Shown piece after piece: positions 46,282-60,780 of a stretch of 64,000 bases of DNA; position 1 is the stretch's first letter, and each line of letters opens with the position of its first letter. The notes under the pieces were generated by a model that saw only the letters and a list, made by a program, of their open reading frames with translations, searched no databases and was not told the origin of the DNA. Both the position numbers and the translations under genes were made by a program. Source of the stretch: Phyllobates terribilis. Its lineage: Eukaryota. The stretch spans positions 425,878,001 through 425,942,000 of the forward strand of contig NW_027362761.1 in NCBI RefSeq assembly GCF_046119375.1, written 5' to 3'.

Positions 46282-47629
46282 AGGGGAATCTGTCAGCAGG
46301 ATGTCACATCTCAAACTATTTATATGTGCATGTAGCTCTTTCAAAGACAAGTTCAGCAATACCATTCCATGGCCAGTCCATTCCTCCGTTACTGAGAAAT
46401 CTGCGTTTGAATTGATATACAAATGAAGCCAACAGCTGAAGCCTCTGTCACTCCGGCTCTATTACACACCAAGCGCAGCCTTTTCCTACTTGACTGACGG
46501 CTCCTTTGCCTGAGGTCACACAGCATCTTGGCTGTCAGTCAAGTAGGAGGCGTCGCTGGGTGGGGAATAGAGCTGATGTGACAGAGGTTTCAGATCTACC
46601 ATAGCCTTTAGCATATCAATTCAAACGCTGATTTATCAGTAATGGAGGAAGAGACTTGCCATGTAAAGATATTGCTGGCCTTGTCTTTGAAAGAGCTACA
46701 AACACACTATAGCTAGTTTAGGGGGATTGAATCTTGCTAAGGCTGTGTGCCCACGATGCGTTTAAGCGTTTCCGCAGCGGCAATTCCGAGGCAGAAACGC
46801 ATAAAAAACGCATGGTAGTAGGCCTGCCATGTTCCCCAATGATAATCCGGGTGTGCTGTGCACATGCTGCGGAAATTTCCGCTGCGGATTATCATTGCGG
46901 AAAAAAATGCAGCACTACCAATTATTTTGCGGAAGCGCTGCGTTTTCGACGCCATTGACTTGCATTGGAACGCATGGAATCCGCATCACTGTATATGTAC
47001 ATGCGGAATCCAAGCGTTTCAATGTGCGGATGGTACCCGGGTGTGGAGGAGAGGAGACTCTCCTCCAGACCCGGGTACCATAGAACCTGTAAAAAAAAAA
47101 GAATAAAATAAAAAGTAAATATGATATTTACCTTCTGATGGCCCCCGGTCTCCTTGTCTTCGCTTGCCGGCAGATCGCGGTGGACTGAAGGACCTGCGCT
47201 GACGTCATTTAGTCATGTGACGGCAGGTCCTTCAGTGTACCGCGAGCTGCCGGCAAGCCAGGACGGATCGAATCAAGACTCCGGGGGCCATCAGAAGGTA
47301 AGTATAGATTTATTTTTTACCATTATTTCGGTCACACTATATAAATCCATGCCGTTTGCATGGATTTATATAGTGTGACCAAGTTGACAAGCACTTTCCA
47401 AGTGATGCTAAAATCGCCTGGAAAGCGCTTGTCAATCCACATGCGGAAATGCATGTGAAGAACGCTCCACATCCGCTTGTCCCTGGCAGGAAAAACGCAT
47501 GTACATTCCGCATGTACAATCCGCATGTACAATCCGCATGCGTTTTTTTCTGCCAGGGAGATGCAGAAACGCTCAGGAAAAAATCTGGAGCATTTCTGCA
47601 TCATGGGCACATAGCCTAACAGATTCCCT
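46282..47629. mobile_element. TTAA MITE carrying a nested Harbinger-type element in its right TIR
   Basis: TTAA|AGGGGAATCTGTCAGCAGG...TGC(TAA)[insert](TAA)CAGATTCCCT|TTAA. Confidence 0.85.
46741..47616. mobile_element. Harbinger-type non-autonomous element, TAA TSD
   Basis: GGCTGTGTGCCCA...TGGGCACATAGCC; many TCCGCA/TGCGGA subterminal motifs. Confidence 0.85.
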
Positions 47630-49133
47630 TTAAACAAACATTTACAGAGTACTTGTCACAAGGACTGTTTTTTTTTTTTTTTTAAATCCGCAATACAGTT
47701 CCAGAGAAATGGGCCTTTTCATTTGGTGCCAATTTTTTTATAGTCTTTACCATGGGAACGGTGCTCACAGGGTAATAATTCAGAGCATTCTAAAGGCATG
47801 CTCCCAAAAATTCTATGAACCATTGGTAAAGACCAGAAAAATTAGCCCTACTTGAAAAGGCCCATATCTCTGAAACTGTTGACATGAAACAAATGAATAC
47901 TCAGGGGTACAGTGGGAATAAAATAAAATCTGGTCCCCTTAAACCTGGTAACAGGTCCTCTTTAAATATAATGAGTCATTGTAATATGAAGAACGTTAAA
48001 TTTCCATTGGTAATTATTATCCCTCAGTCTGATGACCTTTAGAGTTAGTTGCCAAGTAAGCAAAAGTCTATTGTGTTTTTTACCTTATTCTATATTACTT
48101 ATGTATCCAATGACTACATTTTCCCTATTGGTCTTCTTCAGAAAACCTGCCTCCAAACCAAAAAAAGTATTAAATGAATGGGGGGGTTGGTAATCCTCCT
48201 TTGTGAATTGGACTGAGATCCAGACAATAAGGAGTATGACCAGAGCATTGCGTAGGAGACAGGAATTGTAAATCCCAGCTTCAGATGAGCCATTGGCAAG
48301 GATAGGCCAGTCTAGGCATGAACCTCCTATATAGAGTGAAACCAAAAATATTCAACATAAAAGCGGTGCCAATAATGTCACAAGTTCTGAATACATGGCA
48401 AAGTATGCTCTGCCACACCGTGCAATAGGATCGAAAAATTGTTGAAATTATGCAACTTCTCATGTTTATATTGCCCACGCCATCTCGGAATTAATCATCT
48501 GTGTTTGCTGTATTGATTGATGGGCAAGCCCAGTGCATTTTTTCTTGTAAATTCACATTACTTCCGAATGATATGAATATTCTAGATATTTGATACTATT
48601 ACAGAGGCACTTCATATCCAACCATCGCAAAAATATTTTTTACATGTAGCAACAGCCAGTAAAGTCATAAGTTCTAGGGAACGCTCAGGCCACGTAGATA
48701 CCGGACAACAAGGTAAATAAAGGAACATAACATTCATAACCACTTACAAGGGATGGTCTGTTTTAATATAATGTAATATTCCAAAAGGTCCGTAAAATCA
48801 ACATTACTTATTCTCTGCCACTTTATAGAGACGCCTCTGCACTGCTCAGTGCAGGTCTTTTCTGTCAGGTGGACAGCAGCGATGCCACCATGACAGTACA
48901 TGTCCACTGCAGCCAATCACCTGGTTCAATAGTCCCATGCAGTCTACCTAAGCATCACCACCAAGCAAGTGATTATCAGCATCGGTCCTGTGCTGTAGGT
49001 GTGACATCACCTCTGCAGCTGTATTAGCAGCGGTGAAGCGGCAGGCGCGCTCCTTATTTTTAAGGGCGGCAATCCTTTGGGTTGCTTGAGCTGTCACCTT
49101 CAGAACGCCAGAACTTAGTCTTCCATCAATGTA

Positions 49134-50115
49134 CAGTGGTGTGATAAAGTGTTTGCCCCCTCCGTGATTTCTTATTCTTTTGCATGTTTCTCACATTTAA
49201 ATATTTCAGATCACAAAACAAATTTAAATATCAGACAAAGATAACACAAGTAAATACAAAATGCAGTTTTTAAATAAAGGTCTTTATTATTAAGGGAAAA
49301 AGAAATCCAAACCTACAGGGCCCTGTGTGAAAAAGTGATTGCCCCCTAAACCTAATAACTGGTTGGGCCACCCTTACAAGCAACAACTGTAATCAAGCAT
49401 TTGAAATAACTGGCAATGAGTCTTTTACAACGCTCTGGAGGAAGTTGGGCCCAGTCATCTTTGCAAAATTATTGTAATTCATCCACATTGCAGGGTTTCA
49501 GAGTATGAACTGCCTTTTTATGGTCATGCCACAGCATCTCAAATCGGATTAAGGTCAGGACTTTGACTAGGCCACTCCAAAGTCTTGATTTTGTTTTTCT
49601 TAAGCCATTCAGAGGTGGACTTGCTGGTGTGTTTTGGATCATTGTCCTGCTGCATAACCCTCAGCGCTTCAGCTTGAGGTCATGAACAGATGGCCGGACA
49701 TTCTAGATGTAATGGGACATACACCATCCAAAATGTTAAACTTTTGTCTCGTCAGTCCACAGAGTATTCTCCCAAAAGTCTTGGCGGTCATCGAGATGTT
49801 TTCTGGCAAAATTAAGACGAGCCTTTAATGTTTTTTTTTTTTGCTCAGCAGTGGTTTTCATCTTGGAACTGCCGCTTTTGCCCAGTCTCTTTCTTATGGT
49901 GGAGTCATGAACACGGACCTTAACCCCTTTACCACCGAGGGGGGTTTGCACGTTAATGACCAGGACAATTTTTACAATTCTGACCACTGTCACTTTATGA
50001 GACAATAACTCTGGAAAGCTTCAACGGATCCCACTAATTCGGAGACCGTTTTCTCGTGACATATTGTACTTCATGATAGTGGTAAAATTTCTTTGATACG
50101 AGTTTCACACCACTG
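49134..50115 (-). mobile_element. Internally deleted Tc1 element with a piggyBac-like end fragment inside
   Basis: TA|CAGTGGTGTGA...TTTCACACCACTG|TA; KARLNFARKHLDD..FWENTLWTDETKV; TTAACCCCTTTACC at 49920. Confidence 0.8.
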
Positions 50116-50775
50116 TAGATATACGAGTGCTTGCTTTTGCAGTACAACAATCTTAAGCAAACCCAATTTTGAATACATATGTATTAATTCATTTTTGGGG
50201 AGTTGATGAAAAACCAATTTAGTTTTAGATTTTTTTACTTTTCTTTCTTCACCAATGGTTTAAGTAAAGTGATAACTTTATTATACAATCTGTTATTATT
50301 GTGTTTTGTTTTAACACTTCTGCAATAAAATAAAAAAGGTGTTTTTTTTATTTTTTTTATTTATTTTCACCCTTTTTACTTTTCAGCAATTTTTTTTCAT
50401 TCCAATAAGATTTTACAATGATCTGCTCACATCTGGTTTGTCCAATGCTGTGGTATCTCAGTATCTCTAACTATTATTGCCTGTAAGCAATTAATTGGCT
50501 AGCAATCTGTTAGGATGTGCCTAAGGCCTCATTCAGACGTCAGTTTATATCACGCATGCAATTCATGTCTGTGATTTTCACAGCCCTTTAGACTTGTATG
50601 GATGAGTTTCACCCGTGCACTTGATGAAAAAAAATGTTACCAAAAAAATTGGAAAGGTCTCCGTGATTTATTTGCAGATACATGGTAAGCAAAAAACCAA
50701 GAACATTTAAACAACTCCATAGAGTATAATACATGTACTATGTTCTATCCGTGAAAACTATGAATAGAAGATGTA

Positions 50776-51417
50776 CCATATTTTTCGAGCTATAAGACGC
50801 ACCTAGGTTTTAGGAGGAACATAGAAAAAAAATTGAAGGGGGGGGGGGGGGGTAATTCTGCTGCTGACACTGTTATAAGGGTAATGTCCCACAATTCTAT
50901 ATGAATATCCCCCATCCTGGTATGCATGCCCCCCCCCCAGCATCCCCCATCGTGGCATGCATGGGCCCCCCCAGCATCCCCCATCCTGGTACGCATGGGC
51001 CCCCACAGTATCCCCCATCCTGGTACGCATGGGCCCCCCTGCATACCCCATCCTGGTACGCATGGGCCCCCCCTGCATACCCCATCCTGGTACGCATGGG
51101 CCCCCCCTGCATACCCCATCCTGGTACGCATGGGCCCCCCCTGCATACCCCATCCTGGTACGCATGGGCTCCATCCATATCCTGGTAACCATGGCCCTCC
51201 ATCACACTACACACAAAAAAAAAATTATACTCCCCTTCCCTTTGCTCCAGTGCTGCGCCCTGTTCTGCTGCCAGCAGCTGATCTCAATGTGTAAGCTGCG
51301 CATGACGTCACTGCCATGTGCCCTCACACGGGACTATGGGGGTGAGGAGCAGGGAATATTCATTTTCCTCCAAAATTTTGGAGGAAAAAAGTGTGTCTTA
51401 TAGTCTGAAAAATATGG
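50776..51417. mobile_element. Second pogo/Tc2-like non-autonomous element with an internal ~33-bp minisatellite (50909-51185, ~8 copies)
   Basis: TA|CCATATTTTTCGAGCTATAAGACGCA...TATAGTCTGAAAAATATGG|TA; unit CCCCATCCTGGTACGCATGGGCCCCCCCTGCATA. Confidence 0.87.
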
Positions 51418-52551
51418 TAAGTGAAAAATGAAGTTGTTAATAAAGGCCTAAGGCTGGGATTACATGGGCATATTTTACGGTCCAGACACGGACTACAATG
51501 CATGGACTGACTGTGGGTCAGGCACATATGAGGTTATAAAGTTTGCGTTAGAAGACCGGTGGTCATCTTGAGCATGACTGTCTGTATAGGAACTGGGTAG
51601 AGGGATCTGCAGCACCACATGGTAAAACATGCCACCAAACGCATATGGTGGGTCACAGTTTTCAGCCTTCTGTCACAAAGTCTATGCAGCCAAAAGTTTG
51701 AGGAAGAAGGCAAAAGGTTAAAGCTGAGCTACTTCTACACTGCCAAGTAGCTTCAGGGATTAACCAGAATTGTGCCACCTCTGACTTCAGATCTTGCATC
51801 AATCTCAGCATTTTTCCTGTGCCATTACAAATTATACCACCGCATCATGACAGCTGACTCATCGACCAGTCTGGGCATTAATGTTTTTTAAAACTTTTTT
51901 TTTTTTTGTTAATGTGTACAGTAGTGCCAAAAATATCACCGGTTCTGACTGCTGTACATTGCCAAGTATGCTCTGCTACAGATAGTCAGCTATAAAGCAG
52001 ATAAAATATTGCAACACAAAACCTTTGCTGTTAGTTTGTAGATTTTTCATACCCTATTTTACGCATTATTAATCAAGAAATTTCCTTAAGGTTCTTGTAG
52101 AAACACGCACAGCATCTACAGTGAATAATTACAGCTACGTAGCAGGAATTCCTTAAAGCCAAATATTGGCAGCTATTCACTACATGACATATGATGCCGG
52201 ACTATCACAAGCAAAAGCATTACAGGGGATCCCCCTTCCACCTTTTTTTCTTACTCTAAAGGCTTGGTCTGCGCGAAATCAAGGGAATTAGCATTACTTC
52301 ACTCCTTTTACATTGCCCTACGTTTTTTAACATGTCTGTAGTGTGATGCTGCAACTACAGCATGCAGACCGCTGCAACCAATCACTGGATTCAGTGGTCT
52401 CATGCAGTGTGCATGACCGAGCTGAGGGATTTGCTGCAGCGTTCACACGATGTACTCGTGATGTCAGCACTGTGCGGCAGACACAGTGGGTAAGGAATGC
52501 TGATTTTTTTATTTTTACAGAGACCAAGCCATTAGAGTGAAAAAGATTTAA

Positions 52552-52884
52552 AGGGGTATTCCCATCTCCGAGATCCTATTCCAATACGTAGTAGGTGTAA
52601 TAATAATATTAGCAAATACCTAGACTTAGAAATGTAGTATAGTTCTTCTGATTCGCTATGTCGCTTACCCCATGTGCAGGGCATTGCAGTAGCTTATCCA
52701 TGATTACGACGACTCATATAGTGACAGTTAGTTTGTTAGTGGTCGTAACCATGGATACCCAAGCTACTGCAATGCCCTGCACATAGCGAATCAGAAGAAC
52801 TATACTACATTTCTAAGTGGAGGTATTTACTAATATTATTAAACCTACTATACTGCATATTGGGATATAAGTTGGAAATCTCCT
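52552..52884. mobile_element. Second copy of the 45298-45658 palindromic TTAA MITE
   Basis: Same AGGGGTATTCCCATCTCC start, TTAA flanks. Confidence 0.9.
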
Positions 52885-53344
52885 TTAATGGTTTTGCTTA
52901 CCTTATAATGTCGATATGAAACCGTCTAATATCAAACATCACGTAGTGATTAGCGGCCAAAAATGGATTGCTGGAATTCCAGCAATGTACCATACTTATA
53001 ACTTTAGACCTCTTCACTTTAGCCCCCGAGGATCTTTCTGGAAGTATCTAGAAATATGTCAAGTACTAATTCTTACAATAAGGTGGAAAATTATTAAACT
53101 CACAGCAAACATTTGCACAATGTTGGAGTCATTTTGCTCAGAGGTGATGCTGATGTACACGGCACAAGTCCGCTGAGCCCAGTGTTTCGCTGCGGCTTTC
53201 TTGCATCACTACTGCAGCCATGACAAAAACCGAGAGGCAGCGCTGGAGCGGAAGGGGATAGGCAACTCTGATTTTAACTATTTTTGTACAGATTAATCCT
53301 TGAGAGTAAAAAAAAAAAATAAAGCTAGAAAAGTTCTTTACACT

Positions 53345-54210
53345 TAAAAGAAAATCTGTCAAGTCCAGAAATGCTATTTACCTGCAGATATAGTTAAAAC
53401 ACAAAATTTGAGCTTGCTATAAGTTGGTATACATGCAGCACATAAATGCATGTTTCACAATGGCCATAAATCAGAAAAACCTACAAGAAGCAAAATGATC
53501 AAAAACCCTGCTGTAAATAAATAAAAAGCAAGTGCATTTAAATAAAATAGGGTTCTTAGTAACACTGTTTTTGATCATAAATAGTAGATAAGCCATCCCA
53601 CCGCGACAATTTGAACCCATTAGGGATAGTCCTACACTGTCTAATATTAAAAACCTTACCATGTGTCAAAGTCGACCTCTGTGTGATTAAGGCCAGACAA
53701 AAGGATAGGGTCCCGAACTGCACTTGCTTTTTATTTTTTGTTCATTTTGATTCTTGTAGGTTTTTCTGACTCATGGCCATTGTGAAACATGCATTCATGT
53801 GCTGCATGTATACCAACTTAAACCAAGCTCAAATTTTGTGTTTTTTCTTTGGATTTTTGCTAACCTGGGTGTGGCCTCCCTTCCTAGAGCCGGATAATAC
53901 ATTTAAAAAGCTTCCCTTGGCTGGTGTTTACAGTTCTGGACCCGATCCTTTGTCTGCCCTTATTCACACAGAGGTCAACTTTGACACATGGTAAGGTTTT
54001 TAATATTAGACAGTGTAGGACTATCCCAAACGGGTTCACCTTGTCACGGTGGGACAAGGTGACAAAAACAGTGTTACTAAGAACCTTATTTTATTTAAAT
54101 GCACTTATTTTATTTATTTACAGCAGGGTTTTTGTTCATTTTGCTTCTTGTAGGTTTTTCTGTTTTTTTCTGGAGATATAGTTGTAATATCCACTGTACC
54201 TGCAGATTAC
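53345..54210. mobile_element. Rearranged foldback TTAA MITE
   Basis: 53393-53715 has reverse-complement partners at both 53718-53850 and 53935-54160. Confidence 0.7.
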
Positions 54211-54211
54211 A

Positions 54212-55856
<1,645 letters not shown>

Positions 55857-56029
55857 TTATTTAATAAGCTGACCAAACTATTAGGTATATAGCACAAAAA
55901 ATGTTCATAACTAAACACAGCCTTAAAGGCAAAAGGAGGTGAAGAGTAAAAATAAAGGGCTATCCCATTAATATTACATTACTAATTATTACATTATTAA
56001 TATATTACTGAGATAATGACTTTTGTGTC

Positions 56030-56196
56030 TTCATTGGCTGTAAGCCATAATCATCAACATTAACAGAAATAAACACTTGAAATAGATCACTCTGTTTGTA
56101 ATGACTCTATATAATATGTGAGTTTCACTTTTTGTATTGAAGAACTGAAATAAATTAACTTTTTGATGATATTCTAATTTAGTGAGATGCACCTGT
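56030..56196. mobile_element. Tc1 terminal fragment
   Basis: Ends GAGATGCACCTG|TA; AT-rich TIR-type sequence. Confidence 0.6.
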
Positions 56197-57350
56197 ATGT
56201 CCTTACAAAGTCTAATATTATCCAATCAGTGCTGACATGATCAGGCAGTATAGGGTTAAACCGCATTGACAAGAATGGCAAAACCCAGTTGTCAATTAAT
56301 TCAAACATACTCAGGAAAAATAATCAAGAGAACAAAACAGAGTTATAAGAATAGAAGAATTAGAATTATAGTACTATAGGGAATAGGAGTATGTACTAAA
56401 GTCTAAATGTCAGGAAAGGCGACATTCTATTAAAAGGTTGGGATCAAAGGGAGCCTGCAGATATAGGATTAATCTACAGGTTAATAGTGTTATGAACATG
56501 CCCATCCACAGTACTGAAAGTGCAGCATCTGGGAGGAAATTAACTATTTCTCTTGGGAGCCGCCGGCTTTCAGTCATGTAGGAGTACCGGCACGTCTTCA
56601 GTCCTTACTCACCATACTGTGTGCGGTAGCAGTCAGCCATGTCTCAGATCTTTGACTGACAGCCGTCTCTGCAGTGATGCACTGCAAAGTTGGCTATCAG
56701 TCAGTGCCGGGTCGTTGATTACAGCCGCCCACTGTGTACTAAGCGGTGACAGAAGCCGCATTAACATGCCTGCATTACCGAAAGCTGGCGGCTCTCAGGA
56801 GACAAAGTTCATTGTCTCCCAGGTGCTGCACTTTCAGTACAGTGGGTAGGCACCTTCATAACACTATTAACCTGCAGATTAACAGCGTTAATGGACATGA
56901 GAGGTTCCCTTTTAGTACAAATACATTTACATCTATCTATATTTATACCATGCGCACATTAGGGTCATTCCAGTCTACAAAAGTCATCACTATCCAAATA
57001 GGTTATAGTTGTTTTAATTAGCGTGCAACCCTCTACTTTAATCCACACTGATCACACATTAAGGCCCTGAAGTCACTAGAGTCGGAGTCAAATGGCAAGA
57101 CAGGTTGGGACTTGCCCAGTCATTCAAACTCCCACAACTAATGATTGGAGTGGCAAGGCACATGTCCGAGGGGGCCGCACCATCTGACTCCTCTGAGCTG
57201 CGGTCTTGTGAGCAAGGGGGAATGTGAGACACACGTTTTCCATTCTGGAGCAGCAGGGCCCACAATAATCTATCATTCGTCACCTGGAGTACACAGGAAT
57301 AGCCCTTTAAAACTATTACACATTACATGAAAGGTCCCAAACGGGTATAC

Positions 57351-57393
57351 CTTGCAAGTCCAATGCCAAATCCAGCAAACCGGCTGAGCTGTT
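57351..57393 (-). CDS. slc25a46: SLC25A46 exon 2 (43 bp)
   Basis: CTTTCAG|..EQLSRFAGFGIGLAS|GTATAC. Confidence 0.96.
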
Positions 57394-58857
57394 CTGAAAG
57401 AAGAACAAGAACATGAGAAATACAGCGACAACTGGATCATTGATAAAAGTTTCCTTTTTAACTACAGAACAAGCCATCTGCAAAAATAGAAGTGTATAAT
57501 CTTAATCATAGCGGGGTTATAGCACGTGGCATTCAGGTGTTAGGACGCCACCGATGTCCATAAGGACCGTTCTCTGGGTATTCATTTTTAATAGTTGATG
57601 TATGCTTAGATGTCATTTCAGGTATAGCAAGTTATCACCTAGTCACAAGATCAATAAGGACTACAAGACCAGTGGGGGTCTGATAGCAGAAGCCCCCTCT
57701 GATCACCAGAACGCATGGGTGCGGCCACTCCATTTAACCTTCCTGAGACTGCTGGAGATAGATGAGTACTGCAGTCCTGTCAATAGACAATCACTTGTTA
57801 TCACCAGAATACCCCATTTAAAGGGAAAGTGTGAGGTTCCCTACCTGCCCTAAACCAGCACCATAACGTTATCAAAACTGCAATAAGTATATATAATCTT
57901 ATAGTGGTGGTTTGGGGCAGTTCGTGATAACGGGCTTACTAACAACAGTGGTAGTTACAGAAACCCTACAATATAAAAGATTTCAAAATGTGACTATTGC
58001 CACAATAAAAAAAAAATCTGATTTCAGCACACAGTCAAATAACATTGTGATTGATGAGTGCAGGTGGTCACAAATCCTACACGGTGTTTTTACAGCAGTC
58101 AGGCACACTGATATCATATTATTGAGAAAGGACTGACAGCAGTCTAAAACCTTTCTTACCTAGCCACATTCAACTCTGAGATGGACGCGAGCCACAACCA
58201 GCCAACCCCACTCTCCAGAATAGTGACAATCAGGATACATTACCGGTGTGATGACTGTCAAAGTTTCACCATAAAACACACACAGACTGAATGCCCCCCT
58301 CCCTGGCAGTGTACCTACATCCAAGGGTTCCCATTTTACCCCTTTTTGGTATACCTGTACCAGGCACTGTTCCATCCAGCTTCAAGCACCCTCAGATTAA
58401 CAGTATCTTCCCATTTCTACCCTGCCAGCATGTGCACATCCATATTTGCCCTTCTGTACAGGGCTGCTTTTAAAAGTCACCATCTGGAGACCTTCTCTTC
58501 ATGGTTGCTAGACCTGGTGCTAATGCACCAAGCTGGCAGTCACGAGTTTCACATCGTGGTCCATAGGTCAGGACCCCTGGTCTATAACATGAGGAGTGAT
58601 TAGTCCTGGTTGATGATTTAGTACATGCTTGCCATATCATTCACCTTCAGCAGTCATACCACTTCATGAAATTTGATAGTTACCTGCAATGTTCCGGCAC
58701 AATAAGAAAACAGAAAAAGTGGTAGGTTAGAAACAAAGTGCCAGCGCCATTTCTTCTCAATAGTAAAGTATGGAAAAATCCGCTCTGCCAATCTTGTCCA
58801 TTAAAATTAGGAATGAGCAATACAAAGTAATATTTCCCAACATTTTGGGGCTGCTTA

Positions 58858-59728
58858 AAGCTATGTTCACATTGGAGTTTTTTTTCCCCAGAAGATCTTC
58901 TCCAAAATGCTCCTCAAAAACACTTGAAAAACTCTCCCAATTCATTTCTTTAGGAAATCTGCATTTCTGTTCATATGTGATTTTTGAGCTTTAGTTTTCC
59001 TGAAGATGTTATGAAAAACTGGTGGAAAAAAGTGCAGATCACTTATTTGTAGCAGATTCTGATGGAAATTTCTCCAAACTAAAGGTTGCAAAGAAACGAT
59101 TCAGGTTTGGAAACCCTGAAGCAGTTAAAAGAAGAGACAGGATCCTTCTTCGGGTGGCTTCTGCTTCTCTAAAGACGCTTTTACAATGCGTCTTTTTCCC
59201 GTGGTCACTTTTAAAAGTAGAAGACACTTCAGGATTCGCTCCATTTCTCTGGAGTTTTGTAAGCCTGAAGTGTCTTTTTTAGCATTCTTTTGGTCATTTC
59301 CTGAGCATTTTTTCGAGCCAGCTTTTTTATTGTGTATGTTGAGTTTTTGGGGTGTCTGTATTGTAGTTTCCCAGACTTTTTTTTTTTTTAAATTTCCATT
59401 AAACAATGAAGAAGACATTAGCAATTTTTTTAAAGCAAAAATGCCAACAAAAAAAACTCAAAAAGATGCTCGGGCTTCTTTTTAGCTTTCCCACTGACGT
59501 TTGTTGTAAAGAATTGACTGTCTTCCTAGTGGGAAAAAGCCAGTGGAATACACGTTAGATCTTTTAAACACTTGGCTTCTTATGAAAACCTCAAAAGCCA
59601 GAACATATACTGTAAACAGCTAATTGCTTTTACATACAAATGGTAGATCCATTCTTTTGAGTGTATTTGGAGAAACTTTTTCGCTCCAAAAAAGCCAACG
59701 CAGGAAAAAGACTCAGTGTGAACATATC
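58858..59728. mobile_element. Probable Harbinger-type non-autonomous element
   Basis: GCTATGTTCACAT...GTGTGAACATATCC ends, A/T-run-rich interior. Confidence 0.5.
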
Positions 59729-60403
59729 CTACTACTTGACTCTCACAAGCAGTTTGTATAAAAAAAATGCATGTGTGTATTCATACTAAGGGTATTATTT
59801 TTGTGGATTTTTTGGATAAAAAATCCAAAGTTAAAAAAGCAATTCTAAAAACTTTAGTTGCATTCTGTTCATGGTTTTTGCTTATGGGACACTCTGCTTC
59901 AATCGATGCAGAAATCAAAGGTAGAAAAAAAAACAGCACCGTGTGCTCTGAACTTATTTTCTTACTGGTATGTTTTTTCCATGTGATTTTTTCTTTGTAG
60001 AAAAAGCAGCAACATGTCAATTCTTGAAGCACTATAAATGTAACTACTGAGTAGAGATAAGTGAACTGATTCGCAGGTCTATGGTCTAGTGGCCACGACA
60101 ATATTCCATGGCCGTGGGGCAGGAGACCTGCAAGCCACCTTCTGCTTGGCAGCATCTCCGGTTCCTCGTCCGATTAGTAGACATCATGAGTGCGCCACGT
60201 GGCAATCATGACCTTGCAGTGAGCTTACAAGTCAGAAGTGTCACTGAGGATTCAAGCATGCAGGAGACTGATTGCAGGTTTCTCCCCTCATCAAGAAGCC
60301 ATAAACTAGTGATGTGGCCAATGGACCACAAAAAAAAAAAAAAAAAAAATCCAAAAAGCGATACAAATAATTTATTAATCTATCATTACTGGAGAACCCC
60401 TTT

Positions 60404-60780
60404 AAAGGGGTTGTCCACTACTCAGACAAGCCCTTCTCAATCACTAGTTTCCCCATGTAAAATAGTAACAGTTTACACTCGCTTCCAATGCCGGCGCCAT
60501 TCCAGCAATGTCGGTGCCTGCTGTCCAGGGGCTCGCGTTACAGTGTTACATAATGAGAGCCCTGCAGTCAGAGACTCTTTTCTTCTCACTTTCTTTGGTT
60601 GGAACGGACATCCAGAAGAAAAGTGCAACAGTACGTTCACTTCAGAGGAGATTGACCCCCAGAAGAAGCGCCAAGGAGAACAGGTGCCGACATCACTGGA
60701 GGACCAGAGAGACGTATAGATGCTATTATTTTATGTGGGGGGATATGATGATTGAGAAGGGGTTGTCCAAGTAGTAGACA
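60404..60780. mobile_element. TTAA MITE
   Basis: TTAA-AGGGGTTGTCCACTACT...CCCTTCTCAATC and inverted GATTGAGAAGGG...AGTAGTAGACA. Confidence 0.7.

Noticed and set aside
50790-51403. Several overlapping 95-148-aa ORFs (also 24375-25120 and 5820-6035)
   Set aside because: Artefacts of minisatellites that lack stop codons.
58150-58720. Possible LINE ORF2 C-terminal remnants (also ~48000-48700)
   Set aside because: Too degenerate; no diagnostic motif could be confirmed by eye.
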